Shown: one piece after another, positions 9,170 through 18,501 of the stretch | How positions within the stretch are numbered: the stretch's first letter is position 1 | How the letters are laid out: each line of letters begins with the position of its first letter | DNA from: Methanobacteriota archaeon | Lineage (GTDB): Archaea; Hadarchaeota; Hadarchaeia; Hadarchaeales; Hadarchaeaceae | DNA: 36,580 bases | Direction of reading: 5' to 3' | Assembly: GCA_043821745.1 (NCBI GenBank) | Contig: JBDRCL010000061.1 | Span: forward strand, 1-36,580 | Notes under the pieces: model-generated | Seen by the model: the letters and a program-made list of their open reading frames with translations, nothing else | Told to the model about the DNA's origin: nothing | Database searches by the model: none | Position numbers and translations under genes: made by a program

Positions 9170-10078
9170 TTATGCTATTGCTTTCTTTATTTTCTCCGAT
9201 ATAAGGATGGCTGCTTCGCGCTGAGTTTCGCGCGTGGAGGCCCCAATGTGCGGGGCGAGCACCAGGTTCGGCAGCTTCAGAAGTGGGCTGTCAACGGGGG
9301 GCTCACGCTCGTAAACGTCGAGACAGGCCCCAGCGATCTTGCCGCTTTTGAGGGCCTCGACCAGGGCATCCTCATCCACTATCTTGCCCCTCGAGGCGTT
9401 GACCAAGACGGCGTTGGGTTTCATCAGGCTGAGTTGGTCCTTGCCGATCATGTGCTTGGTTTCAGCTGTCAGGGGGAGATGGATGGTCAAATAGTCTGAC
9501 TCTTTGAGGACCTTGCCAAGGTCGGCATATTCACAGCTAGTCCTCTCCACGAATTCCGGGTAACTCACGCAATCCTGGGCGATAATCCTCATCCCGAACG
9601 CTTTTGCCATGACGCCGACGGTCTGCCCGATCCTGCCCGTGCCGATTATCCCGAGCGTCTTGCCCTTCAGCTCCGTGCCCATGAGCTCCGACTTCAGCCA
9701 TTTGCCCTGCTTCATACTCGAATCGGCCTGGGGTAGATGCCTAGCCCATGAAAGCATGAATCCTATCACCAACTCCGCCACGGCCTCGGTCGGCGCCTCG
9801 GGCGTGTTCAGGATTTTTATCCCTCTGGCCTTCGCGGCGACGACATCGACGTTATCGAGTCCGGCCCCGGCCCTAGCTATAATCTTAAGCTTCTTCCCCG
9901 CCTCGATGACTTCCTTGGTCACCTTGGTCGCGCTGCGGACGACGAGCACCTCATAGTCCTTGATGTGCTCGAGCAGCTCGGGAGGCTTCAGTTCGGTCGC
10001 GACTTCAACCTGGGCGACCTTCCTGAGGCGCCTGATGCCCTCCTCGTCTATCTTGTCCGTAATGAGTATGTTGACCAT
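9170..10078 (-). CDS. D-isomer-specific 2-hydroxyacid dehydrogenase (phosphoglycerate dehydrogenase/glyoxylate reductase-like, no ACT domain)
   Basis: Rossmann motif [16 protein letters not shown], plus NASRG and APHIGAST catalytic-region motifs. 302 aa. Confidence 0.8.
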   Translation of the reverse strand: MVNILITDKIDEEGIRRLRKVAQVEVATELKPPELLEHIKDYEVLVVRSATKVTKEVIEAGKKLKIIARAGAGLDNVDVVAAKARGIKILNTPEAPTEAVAELVIGFMLSWARHLPQADSSMKQGKWLKSELMGTELKGKTLGIIGTGRIGQTVGVMAKAFGMRIIAQDCVSYPEFVERTSCEYADLGKVLKESDYLTIHLPLTAETKHMIGKDQLSLMKPNAVLVNASRGKIVDEDALVEALKSGKIAGACLDVYEREPPVDSPLLKLPNLVLAPHIGASTRETQREAAILISEKIKKAIA

Positions 10079-10168
10079 TCCATCACATTCCTATGATTAA
10101 CCATCAGCGAATTTATAGTCGTTGGAATGGCTGCGCGAGTTCTCAAAAATTAAAAAGTGCAACGACCA

Positions 10169-11377
10169 TCATCGGCCCCGGCTCGAGACCACCTTTATGA
10201 CGTCGCCGTCCTTCAGCTCGTAGTCCTCGCCGAGCCTGCGCTTGGTCCTCGCATCGATCGCGTGGAGGAAGGACTCGCCGAGCTCGCTGTGTATGGTGTA
10301 GGCGAACTCCCTGGCCGTGGTTCCCTTCGGGACGAGGAAAGCATCGGGCAGGACGTTGCCGTTTTTATCAGTGAGCTTGGTTTCGTCATCCACTGGGTAC
10401 ACGACTATCAAATTCAGCAAGTCATATATCGCCTTGTCGACCGCCTGCTGCACTCCCGTGGAGCCGAACTTTTTCAGCAGCTCGGAAATTTTATCGAGGG
10501 CATTTTTTTGCTGCTCGTTCAGTGATTCCGGCTTGAGAATCTTGAACTCGGCGGCGCCCGGGTTGTAGCTCAGAATTCCCTTCTCAGCCGCACGCCTCAG
10601 TATCAGCTCCGCCTCCGAGCAGGTCGGGACGACGATGTAGCCGCGCTGCCTCAGGCGCTCGATGTTGGGCTCGGCCGTCGCGACGTCCGACTTGTTGGCC
10701 GCGATCATTATCGGCTTGCTGACCTTCCGGAGCTCAGCCACGAACCTGAGCAGGTCGTCGTCGGACCATTTCTCCGGGTCCGACTGATCCACGGCCGCTC
10801 GCTTGAACGCCTCGGCGATATGGCCGTGCTTCACGCCCAGTCCGCTCAGACGGTCGGATACCTCCTTCACCAAGTCCAGCTTCTCGTACTTGGCCCTGCG
10901 CGCGAACCTCGACCAGTCCTTGGCGATGATCCCGCGGAGCCACATGGCGATCTCGACCTCGAGGAAGTCGATGTCATTCAGGGGGTCGTGGGAGCTGGGA
11001 GGGCAAGGCTTTCCCTCCGCGTCCGTCACCCCAGCCGCGTCGATTATGTGGACCAGCGCCGATGCCATGCGAAGGTTGTCCAGGAACCTGTTCCCGAGGC
11101 CGCGTCCCATGTGGGCGCCCTCGACCAGGCCGGCGATGTCGATGATTCTCACCGGCACGTGGCGGATTCCATTCATACATTTGGAGTTCTTCGGGTCGCA
11201 GGTCAACTTGAAATCAACGCACGGACACTTGCTGCGGACGTAGGTCACGCCGATGTTCGCGTCTATCGTGGTGAACGGGTAACCAGCACACGGAGCGTTG
11301 GCCAAGGTGACCGCGTTGTAGAATGTGGTCTTGCCCGTGTTGGGCTTGCCGACGAGTCCTAGCTCGAGCACCTTCAA
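10169..11377 (-). CDS. ychF: YchF/OLA1-family P-loop GTPase/ATPase with C-terminal TGS domain
   Basis: G1 GLVGKPNTGKTTFYNAVT, G2 YPFTTIDANIG, IDIAGLVEGAH, NKSD, and a C-terminal KDGDVIKVVS (TGS). Confidence 0.85.
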   Translation of the reverse strand: MKVLELGLVGKPNTGKTTFYNAVTLANAPCAGYPFTTIDANIGVTYVRSKCPCVDFKLTCDPKNSKCMNGIRHVPVRIIDIAGLVEGAHMGRGLGNRFLDNLRMASALVHIIDAAGVTDAEGKPCPPSSHDPLNDIDFLEVEIAMWLRGIIAKDWSRFARRAKYEKLDLVKEVSDRLSGLGVKHGHIAEAFKRAAVDQSDPEKWSDDDLLRFVAELRKVSKPIMIAANKSDVATAEPNIERLRQRGYIVVPTCSEAELILRRAAEKGILSYNPGAAEFKILKPESLNEQQKNALDKISELLKKFGSTGVQQAVDKAIYDLLNLIVVYPVDDETKLTDKNGNVLPDAFLVPKGTTAREFAYTIHSELGESFLHAIDARTKRRLGEDYELKDGDVIKVVSSRGR

Positions 11378-11715
11378 CCCTTCGCCGCGCTTTCGTAATC
11401 TCCGGGTTCCCTGTGCCTGCCGAAGCTGCCGAGCCCACGCTTCGCGAGCTGTCTGCGGAGCCGCTTGGCGTAATCGTTCTCAATCTCGCCCTTGTCCTCA
11501 AGGTAGTCTATAATCCCCAGGGCTTGCTCGTCCGTTGCACACCTTCTGATGTAATCCACCACCGTGGGCTCGTATCCGTGCTCAGAATGGGCCGCCTTTT
11601 CCGCCTCCATTCGCGAGCTCCGCACGGCGTTTATCTTGAAGGTGCCCTTGCTGCCGAACTCCTTGGAAATGTGCGGGTTTTTTTCCTTGAATTCGTCCTT
11701 GGATCTTTCAGTCAT
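11374..11715 (-). CDS. small conserved archaeal hypothetical protein
   Basis: 113-aa charged ORF. Its stop overlaps the ychF start by 4 nt, and its codon usage resembles its neighbours. I do not recognise the family with certainty. Confidence 0.5.
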   Translation of the reverse strand: MTERSKDEFKEKNPHISKEFGSKGTFKINAVRSSRMEAEKAAHSEHGYEPTVVDYIRRCATDEQALGIIDYLEDKGEIENDYAKRLRRQLAKRGLGSFGRHREPGDYESAAKG

Positions 11716-11719
11716 GCTC

Positions 11720-13021
11720 TCACTCCACGTGCCCGGTCCACTTGTGCTTCATGATGACCGGCTTTGTTATCACCAGCGTGTTCGGCGAGACGTCTTCGTA
11801 GACGACCGCTCCCGGGCCGACCGCCGCGTTCGGGCCTATCTTCACGCCGGGATTGATCATCGAGTTGACGCCGGTCTTGACGTCGTCGCCTATCACCGTG
11901 CCGAGCTTCTTCCTGCCCGTGTTCACGATCCTGCCGCTCACCTTCATCTTCACCGCGCCCTCGTCCAGGCGCAGATTGGCGATGGTCGTCCCAGCCCCGA
12001 GGTTGCATCTGCTGCCGATGATGCTGTCGCCGACATAGGAAAGGTGGGCCACGTTGGTGTGGTCCATGATAATGCTGTTCTTGATCTCGACGCCGTTGCC
12101 CACCCTGACGTGGTCGCCGACGCTCGTCGCCGGGCGGATGAAGCAGTTAGGGCCGATGTCGCAGTTCTTGCCCACGTAGGTCGGGCCCTCGATGTAGGAG
12201 CCGGAGCGGATCCTGGTGCCCTCGCCGATGTAGACGTTCGACTCGATGTAGGCGCCGTGCTCGATCTTGCCGTGGATCTCGCCCTTTAGCTTCCTGAGGA
12301 AGTACTCGTTGGCGATCAGGAGGTCCCAGGGCCGGCCTATATCGGCCCAGAGATCGAGCGGTGAGGTGAAGACCTCGCCGCCCTTGTCGATCGTTATCTG
12401 GATGGAGGAGGTGATTTCATACTCGCCGCGCTTGGATTTCTTCGTCCTCCTTACGGCGTCGAAGATTTTTGAATCGAAAAGATAAATCCCGGCGTTCGCC
12501 AGCCGGCTCTTCACGTGCTTCGGCTTCTCGACTATCTCGGTCACCTTGTCGCCCTTTATGAAGACTATGCCGAACTGCTCGGGGTTCTCCACCTCTATCG
12601 TCCCCATCAGGCAGGAGAAGTTCTTCCTCTTGCCCAGCTTTTTGTAGCGGGCCATGAAGGCGTTCAGCGACTCCTGGTCCACCAGCGTGTCACCGTTCAC
12701 CACCACGAAGCGCTCGCCGCCCACAAATTTCTCCGCCAGCGAGACGGCGTTGGCCGTGCCCAGCAGCTCCTTCTGCTGCAGGTATTCCACCCTGACGCCC
12801 AGGTTCGAGCCATTGCTGTAGCGCTCCATGATCTGCTCCTTCCCGAAGCCGACGACCATGGCGATCTTGTCGATGCCCGCGTTCCGGAGCAGCGATATCA
12901 CGTGGTCGAGCGCCGGCTTTCCTCCGACCGGGAGCAGGAACTTTGGCTTCGTGAACGTCAGTGGCCTCATCCTCGTGCCCAGGCCCGCCGCCAGGATGAC
13001 TGCCTTCATGTCCATCACCAT
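11720..13021 (-). CDS. bifunctional sugar-1-phosphate nucleotidylyltransferase / left-handed beta-helix acetyltransferase (archaeal GlmU-like)
   Basis: N-terminus MKAVILAAGLGTRMRPLTFTKPKFLLPVGGKP (nucleotidyltransferase). The C-terminal half is rich in hexapeptide repeats (IGEGTRIRSGSYIEGPTYVGKNCDIGPNCFIRP...). Confidence 0.85.
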   Translation of the reverse strand: MVMDMKAVILAAGLGTRMRPLTFTKPKFLLPVGGKPALDHVISLLRNAGIDKIAMVVGFGKEQIMERYSNGSNLGVRVEYLQQKELLGTANAVSLAEKFVGGERFVVVNGDTLVDQESLNAFMARYKKLGKRKNFSCLMGTIEVENPEQFGIVFIKGDKVTEIVEKPKHVKSRLANAGIYLFDSKIFDAVRRTKKSKRGEYEITSSIQITIDKGGEVFTSPLDLWADIGRPWDLLIANEYFLRKLKGEIHGKIEHGAYIESNVYIGEGTRIRSGSYIEGPTYVGKNCDIGPNCFIRPATSVGDHVRVGNGVEIKNSIIMDHTNVAHLSYVGDSIIGSRCNLGAGTTIANLRLDEGAVKMKVSGRIVNTGRKKLGTVIGDDVKTGVNSMINPGVKIGPNAAVGPGAVVYEDVSPNTLVITKPVIMKHKWTGHVE

Positions 13022-13078
13022 TATTCTTGTGGCGGGGGCTAATAAAATGTTGAGAGCTCAAGTTTTGGAAAATTTTTC

Positions 13079-13154
13079 CCTTATAAATAACGCCCCTTCA
13101 AAAGCTCGGTGTGACACACGTATATCATCCCCCTGAATTTTCTTCTTTATAAAC
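13079..13154. promoter_or_regulatory. divergent promoter region with two TATA-like boxes (TTATAAATA about 13081-13089; TTTATAAA 13146-13153)
   Basis: A/T boxes in an otherwise GC-rich spacer between divergent genes. The second box is about 35 nt upstream of the TTG at 13185. Confidence 0.3.
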
Positions 13155-13184
13155 AACCGCGCCGCAAATGCTGGACGGGGATAT

Positions 13185-13508
13185 TTGAAGCTGGTCCACT
13201 ATCAGACCCTCGAGGCCGTCGAGCCCGAGGAGCTGCGGCAACTGGTCAGGATCAAGGCTAGGTTCAACGGGGAGCGCGGTTTCTGGGAGCGCATCAAGCT
13301 TTGGCGCAAGTCCGACATTCTGGAGAAGCTGGAGCCGAGCGGCGCCAGGTGGGGTTTCACCCGGACGCGGGACGACGAGGACAGACTGCGGCTGGTGCTG
13401 ACCCTAAGGGAGATGTCGCAGGCCACGCCGAGGCTGACCTGGGTCCTCTGCGACGAGTGCAACGGGGGCAAGGAGGTCGTGCTGAAGGGCGGCACGGCTG
13501 TGACATAA
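13185..13508 (+). CDS. hypothetical protein (C-terminal CxxC)
   Basis: 107-aa ORF with host-like GC-rich codon usage and a TTG start. No recognisable family. Confidence 0.45.
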   Translation: MKLVHYQTLEAVEPEELRQLVRIKARFNGERGFWERIKLWRKSDILEKLEPSGARWGFTRTRDDEDRLRLVLTLREMSQATPRLTWVLCDECNGGKEVVLKGGTAVT

Positions 13509-13550
13509 CAACCCGAATACAATAGGGCCGTGTCGTTATGCCTCAATTGT

Positions 13551-13786
13551 TCAATTTGCACGCCTTTTTTCTATCATTCTACCTATGACGGCTGAGGCCA
13601 TTATAAGCCCAATCCAGAAAATCAAGACAAGTTGAAGCCCTACTATATCCACTTCCCAAGGTTTGGCTGGGGTCCAGTTATTGTGTTCAGGGTATGCGTT
13701 CCCCATTTTAGAGGAAAGCCGTACTCCACATGCACAAAATCGGGCCAATCGTATCTGAACCCATAAGTCAGACCGATAAATGCCAT
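13551..13786 (-). pseudogene. possible frameshifted small membrane-protein gene
   Basis: Two overlapping minus-strand frames. 13786..13643 reads MAFIGLTYGFRYDWPDFVHVEYGFPLKWGTHTLNTITGPQPNLGKWI*. 13748..13551 ends in a clear TM helix, WEVDIVGLQLVLIFWIGLIMASAVIGRMIEKRRAN*. A 1-nt shift near 13650-13665 would fuse them. Confidence 0.25.
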
Positions 13787-13905
13787 GACGAGAAAAGCAT
13801 TATAACGCCTGATTTCACTAAAAGGAGCTTCATGCTTGCGTATCGATGTTTCGAAGTGGAGGAAACATCAAAAAATTAAAATTTATATTTTTTTCTGGCT
13901 AAAGA

Positions 13906-13914
13906 TTATAAATA
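13906..13914 (+). promoter_or_regulatory. TATA-like box (TTATAAATA) for the rubrerythrin-like gene
   Basis: About 40 nt upstream of the GTG at 13953. AGGAGGG lies at 13941-13947, 5 nt before the start. Confidence 0.4.
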
Positions 13915-13952
13915 TGTAGAAAATGCAATAATCACTGAAAAGGAGGGATAAT

Positions 13953-14471
13953 GTGGCGAAATTGTGGAGATGCGAAATCTGTGGAGATCCTTATATCGGA
14001 GAAAACCCGCCAGATAACTGCCCCTTTTGCGGAGCGCATAGAAATTACATAAAAGGGGCAAAAGAAGCCCAAGTTAATTTTAATGTTGAACTAAATGAAA
14101 AGGATAAAGCGAATGCCGAGCGCGCTCTACAGGTAGAAGTAAGTAACGCCGTATTTTACTTCTGCGCCGCCGAAAAAACAGACGACGATGAAGGAAAATT
14201 ATTGTTTAAGGCTTTGGGAAAAGTGGAAGCAGAACATGCCAGTGTTTGGAAGAAAATATTAAAGCTTGAAAAGGTGCCTAAAGGGGAAGCGTCATGTCAC
14301 CTAGGCAATAAAAAAAATTTAGAAGAATCTCATGCAAGAGAGACAAGAGCCATTGAATTTTATAAAAAGGCAGGCGCAGAATCCGGAAATGGGCGAGTAA
14401 AACAGATATTTGAAGCGTTCGTCGAAGTAGAAATGGATCATTTAGAACTTTCGCGAAAGAGATTAAAATAA
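13953..14471 (+). CDS. rubrerythrin-family protein with N-terminal rubredoxin-like Zn/Fe ribbon ('reverse' domain order)
   Basis: N-terminus WRCEICGDPY...CPFCGA. The ferritin-like four-helix part has E...EAEH...E...EVEMDH di-iron ligand spacing. GTG start with a strong SD. Markedly AT-rich codon usage. Confidence 0.75.
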   Translation: MAKLWRCEICGDPYIGENPPDNCPFCGAHRNYIKGAKEAQVNFNVELNEKDKANAERALQVEVSNAVFYFCAAEKTDDDEGKLLFKALGKVEAEHASVWKKILKLEKVPKGEASCHLGNKKNLEESHARETRAIEFYKKAGAESGNGRVKQIFEAFVEVEMDHLELSRKRLK

Positions 14472-14720
14472 CGCAAATGTATGAAATCTAAAAATGCTAA
14501 ATTTGTGGAAAATTAAATATCACTTCCACCCACCCTTTCCACCCTCTTAGGAAAAGAAGCATTTTAATGGCGTTTACCGTTGTTCGCCGTTAAAGTCGTG
14601 CTCTGATTGGCTGGAAGGGATGCTCAACGTGCCCAGATGGCATTTGACCAAGGTGAAAATTAGGAACACATTAAAAAAGTTAAAATTTAACCCAAGTTTC
14701 ACCAATAGTATCCGGTAAAG

Positions 14721-16298
14721 ATGACAAAAATTTACGTCCCAGATACCAGCGCACTGATAGACGCTCACTTGAGCTGTCTGCTAATCAGCGGAGAACTTCA
14801 AGATTGCGAGGTGCTGTTGCCTAACCTGGTCTTCGCCGAAATCGAACATCAGGCAAAATTAGGCAAGGACTCAGGATACAGCGGCCTCGCGGAGTTGAGA
14901 AGGCTAAAGGAGCTAGCGGACCAGAACAAGGTTAAGCTCAAGCTACTTGGGAGAAGGCCCACCCCTGCGGAAATCTCAGCTGTCGAGTTTGGGACCATAG
15001 ACGCCGCGGTCCGCGAATTCGCAAGCGAGCACGGAGGGGTGCTCGTGACCGGAGATGAAGTGATGGCCGAGATGGGGCGGTTGGAAGGGTTGGAAGTCCT
15101 GTTCCTGAAACCGGTGCTGACCGGAAGGAGTCCCAAACTGCTCGAATACTTCAAGCCTGACACATTGTCCGTGCACCTCAAAGAAAAGGTGAGGCCCATG
15201 GCAAAAGTCGGGAGCCCAGAGAACTTCAAGCTTGAAGTTCTTGACGAAACCCCACTCACCGGGGAGCAACTTAGGGAGCTAGCGCACGAAGTCATTGAGC
15301 TAGCTCGGCAGGACCCCGACAGTATGGTGGAAATCGAGCGCTCGGGAGCGACAGTGGTACAGTACCGCGAGTATCGCATAGTCATCGCTCGTCCCCCGTT
15401 CAGCGATGGGTTTGAGATTACCGCCGTTCATCCGATAGTCAATGTCGGTTTGGACGACTACCGGTTGTCAGAGAAGCTCAAGGAGCGGTTGCGGGAGAGA
15501 GCCGAAGGGATACTGATCGCCGGCCCGCCTGGAGCCGGTAAGACCACTTTCGCCCAAGCGCTTGTTGAGTTCTATCGTTCGCAGGGGAAAATAGTCAAGA
15601 CCATGGAGTCCCCCCGCGACCTCCAAGTGAGCGACGAAATAACACAATATTCGGCTCTAGAAGGTGAAATGGCAAATACGGCCGATATTCTGCTCCTGGT
15701 TCGCCCAGACTACACCATCTACGACGAGCTTCGGAAGACCAGCGATTTTCAGATATTTTCCGATATGCGCCTGTCGGGCGTGGGTATGGTCGGAGTGGTG
15801 CATTCAACCAGGGCAATCGACGCCGTGCAAAGATTAATAGGACGGGTTGAGCTCGGGATGATTCCCATGATTGCCGACACTGTAATCTTCATAAAGGGGG
15901 GCCATATCAAGAGCGTCTATTCCCTTAAAACCGCCGTTAAAGTGCCCCACGGGATGACCGAAGCCGATTTGGCACGCCCGATGGTAGTGGTAACCGACTT
16001 TGAAACGGATAGCTCGGCCTACGAAATATATTCCTTCGGTGAGGAAGTAGTGGTCATGCCAGTGAAGGAAAAGGAAACCACGAAAGAGGAGCTTTGGAAA
16101 GCCCAGCTGATCAAGCAGGAAATTAGACGGCTGGTAGGGGAAGACGTCGAAGTCAAGATGCTTTCCGACACCAGCGCAATCATCGGAGCAGATGACTTTA
16201 TAATACCAAAAATCATCGGCCGAGGCGGACGCACTGTAGAGCGCTTGCAGAGAAAATTGGGAATCAGGATAGATGTACGCGGCAGGGAAATGGACTAG
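14721..16298 (+). CDS. PIN-domain / PilT-like ATPase / KH-domain protein (COG1855 family)
   Basis: N-terminal PIN (MTKIYVPDTSALID...GDEVM), Walker A LIAGPPGAGKTTFAQAL, and C-terminal KH IIGRGGRTVERLQRKLGIRIDVR. Confidence 0.85.
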   Translation: MTKIYVPDTSALIDAHLSCLLISGELQDCEVLLPNLVFAEIEHQAKLGKDSGYSGLAELRRLKELADQNKVKLKLLGRRPTPAEISAVEFGTIDAAVREFASEHGGVLVTGDEVMAEMGRLEGLEVLFLKPVLTGRSPKLLEYFKPDTLSVHLKEKVRPMAKVGSPENFKLEVLDETPLTGEQLRELAHEVIELARQDPDSMVEIERSGATVVQYREYRIVIARPPFSDGFEITAVHPIVNVGLDDYRLSEKLKERLRERAEGILIAGPPGAGKTTFAQALVEFYRSQGKIVKTMESPRDLQVSDEITQYSALEGEMANTADILLLVRPDYTIYDELRKTSDFQIFSDMRLSGVGMVGVVHSTRAIDAVQRLIGRVELGMIPMIADTVIFIKGGHIKSVYSLKTAVKVPHGMTEADLARPMVVVTDFETDSSAYEIYSFGEEVVVMPVKEKETTKEELWKAQLIKQEIRRLVGEDVEVKMLSDTSAIIGADDFIIPKIIGRGGRTVERLQRKLGIRIDVRGREMD

Positions 16299-16312
16299 CT
16301 CAAGCCCCGAAC

Positions 16313-17095
16313 ATGAAAGCCATTTTAATCGCGGAAAATATATCAAAAGCGGGTAGTTACATGCGTTTGATAGACGGCCACGCTCACCTCGAAGATGCCC
16401 CAAACCTTGACTCAGAAATCAGTCACGCCAAAACTAATGGCTTGGTCGCTGTCATCGCGGTGGGCTCTGACGAGAAGTCAAATGACGCCGTGCTGAAGAT
16501 CTCAACGCGGTATGCCGATTTCGTTCTTCCCGCCATGGGGTTACATCCCTGGAACATTCGCGACAACGTCGATGACATGATCAAGTCAATCGAAACTAAC
16601 ATCAAGAAGTGCGTCGCCATAGGCGAGGTCGGCTTGGATTTCAAATACCAAACGCCGAGAGAACTGCAGATCGAAGCCTTCAAGCGTGTGCTTGGTCTCG
16701 CGACTCGCTATGACAAGCCGGTGATAATTCATTCACGCTGGGCATGGAAAGAGGCCTTCGAAATGGTCAGGGACGCCAGCGCGAAGCGTACAGTATTTCA
16801 CTGGTACAGCGGGCCAATAGATATTCTGCGAGAAATATTGACTCTCGGCTGCTACGTCTCGGCGACGCCGGCCGCGGAGTACAGCGAACCTCATAAGCTG
16901 GCGCTCAAGGAGGTTCCGCTCGACAGACTCTTGCTCGAGACTGACTCGCCCGTAAAATATCGCGGGACAGCGTCAACGCCAAGCGACGTGTTAAAAACGC
17001 TGAAGGCCGTCGCACAGCTCAAGGGGATTGACGAGCGAGAAGTCGCCGAAACGACGACCAAAAACGCGATTGAACTGTTCAACCTGAAATTATAG
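16313..17095 (+). CDS. tatD: TatD-family metal-dependent hydrolase/DNase
   Basis: MRLIDGHAHLED..., GEVGLDF, IIHSR, LLLETDSP. The real start is more likely ATG 16361 (MRLIDGHAHL) than 16313. Confidence 0.85.
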   Translation: MKAILIAENISKAGSYMRLIDGHAHLEDAPNLDSEISHAKTNGLVAVIAVGSDEKSNDAVLKISTRYADFVLPAMGLHPWNIRDNVDDMIKSIETNIKKCVAIGEVGLDFKYQTPRELQIEAFKRVLGLATRYDKPVIIHSRWAWKEAFEMVRDASAKRTVFHWYSGPIDILREILTLGCYVSATPAAEYSEPHKLALKEVPLDRLLLETDSPVKYRGTASTPSDVLKTLKAVAQLKGIDEREVAETTTKNAIELFNLKL

Positions 17096-17114
17096 TAAAT
17101 AAAAATCTCAAAAA

Positions 17115-18476
17115 CTATCTGCTACTCTTTATCGCCCTTTTTAAGACCTTCGCGGCTTTCTTCACTATCTCATCCGCCCGGCCCGGAGTCCTGGCCTCGG
17201 CCGTCACCCGTATGTACGGCTCGGTCCCAGAAGCCCTGACCAGCGCCCAGCCGTCCTCGAGGTTTACCCTTACCCCGTCAACCTTCAGAGCCCCTATGGA
17301 CTCTTTGAACTCGCCCTCAAGTTTTTTCAGGATCGTTTTCATCGCCTTGTCCTTTCGCTCGTCCGGGCAGGCGACCTTCTCCCGGACCATGTAGTAATCG
17401 GGCAGGGGGGCGAGCAACTTGGAAATCGCCTCGCCGGAGGAGCTCATCAACTCCAGGACTTTCAGTGCCCCCAGCAAGCCGTCCGGAGCCATGCTGAAGC
17501 CAGGGAATATCCACGCCCCGCAGGGCTCGCCGCCGAAGACTGCCTTCCTCCGCTTGATCTCGGCCGCGACGCTGACGTCGCCGACCCGAGTCCTAACCAC
17601 TTTCGCGCCGCGTTCGCCGACGACCTCGTCCACGACCTTGGAGGCATCGACTGTAGTGACCACAGTACCGCGGCTCCCCATCACCTGGCGTGCGGCTATG
17701 AGTGCCAGAATTTCGTCGCCGGGCACGACCAGACCAGTATTATCCACGATGACGACCCGGTCGGCGTCACCGTCGTGAGCAATCCCGAGATCAGCCCCAG
17801 TCGACTTCACCACCTTGCACAGCTCGACCAAGTTCTCCGGACTGGGCTCGAGCGGACGGCCCGGGAAGAAGCCGTCGGGCTGCGAGTTCAGCGAGGTTAC
17901 CCTGCATCCGACTTCCCCGAGAAGAAGCGGCGCCACGACAGAGGCAGCGCCATTCCCGCAATCGACCACGACCTTGTAATCGCGTGATATCTGAACTGTG
18001 CCGGCAAGTGCTTCAACATAGCTTTGCAGGACATCCAGTTCCTCAACATTCCCGATCTTATCCCAGGCGGCCTTCTTCCATTTCTTACCAAAATAAATCC
18101 TCTCAATCTTTCCCTCCATAATTGGAGTGTAAGCCATCCCGCTAGAGTCGAAGAACTTGATCCCATTGTACTCCGGTGGGTTGTGAGAAGCAGTTATCAT
18201 GATGCCGGCCTTGGCCTTCAGCTTGCGCGCAGCAAAACTAACAGCTGGCGTGGGCACGATTCCCAAGCGCTTGACGTCGCATCCCCCTGAAAGAATTCCT
18301 GAAATCAAACAGCTCTCGAGCATGTCGCTTGACGTCCGGGGGTCCTTCCCGACGACGACCGCGCCTGAGTTTTTCAAGTGTGTGGCCAAAGTCAATCCGA
18401 GGCCTATCGCGAGCTGAGGTGTGATCTGCTCCCCGACGACTCCGCGCACGCCGGAGGTCCCGAAAAGACCGCCCAT
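17115..18476 (-). CDS. glmM: phosphoglucosamine mutase / phosphohexomutase
   Basis: MGGLFGTSGVRG, active-site TASHNPPEYNGIKF, and GIAHDGDADR metal loop. ATG 18476 is preceded by GGAGGT. Confidence 0.88.
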   Translation of the reverse strand: MGGLFGTSGVRGVVGEQITPQLAIGLGLTLATHLKNSGAVVVGKDPRTSSDMLESCLISGILSGGCDVKRLGIVPTPAVSFAARKLKAKAGIMITASHNPPEYNGIKFFDSSGMAYTPIMEGKIERIYFGKKWKKAAWDKIGNVEELDVLQSYVEALAGTVQISRDYKVVVDCGNGAASVVAPLLLGEVGCRVTSLNSQPDGFFPGRPLEPSPENLVELCKVVKSTGADLGIAHDGDADRVVIVDNTGLVVPGDEILALIAARQVMGSRGTVVTTVDASKVVDEVVGERGAKVVRTRVGDVSVAAEIKRRKAVFGGEPCGAWIFPGFSMAPDGLLGALKVLELMSSSGEAISKLLAPLPDYYMVREKVACPDERKDKAMKTILKKLEGEFKESIGALKVDGVRVNLEDGWALVRASGTEPYIRVTAEARTPGRADEIVKKAAKVLKRAIKSSR

Positions 18477-18501
18477 GAAAACCTCCAACTTAAAAATGGG
18501 A

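Noticed and set aside
14472-14720. Unannotated ncRNA (tRNA, C/D-box sRNA) in the larger intergenic spacers: 14472-14720, 25261-25433, 7768-7885, 20640-20749, 13749-13952
   Set aside because: I found no cloverleaf-compatible arms or T-loop GTTCRANNC consensus. I also found no C (RUGAUGA) / D (CUGA) box pair with terminal stem on either strand. The spacers look like A/T-rich promoter regions. Covariance-model scans (tRNAscan-SE, Infernal) would be needed for certainty.
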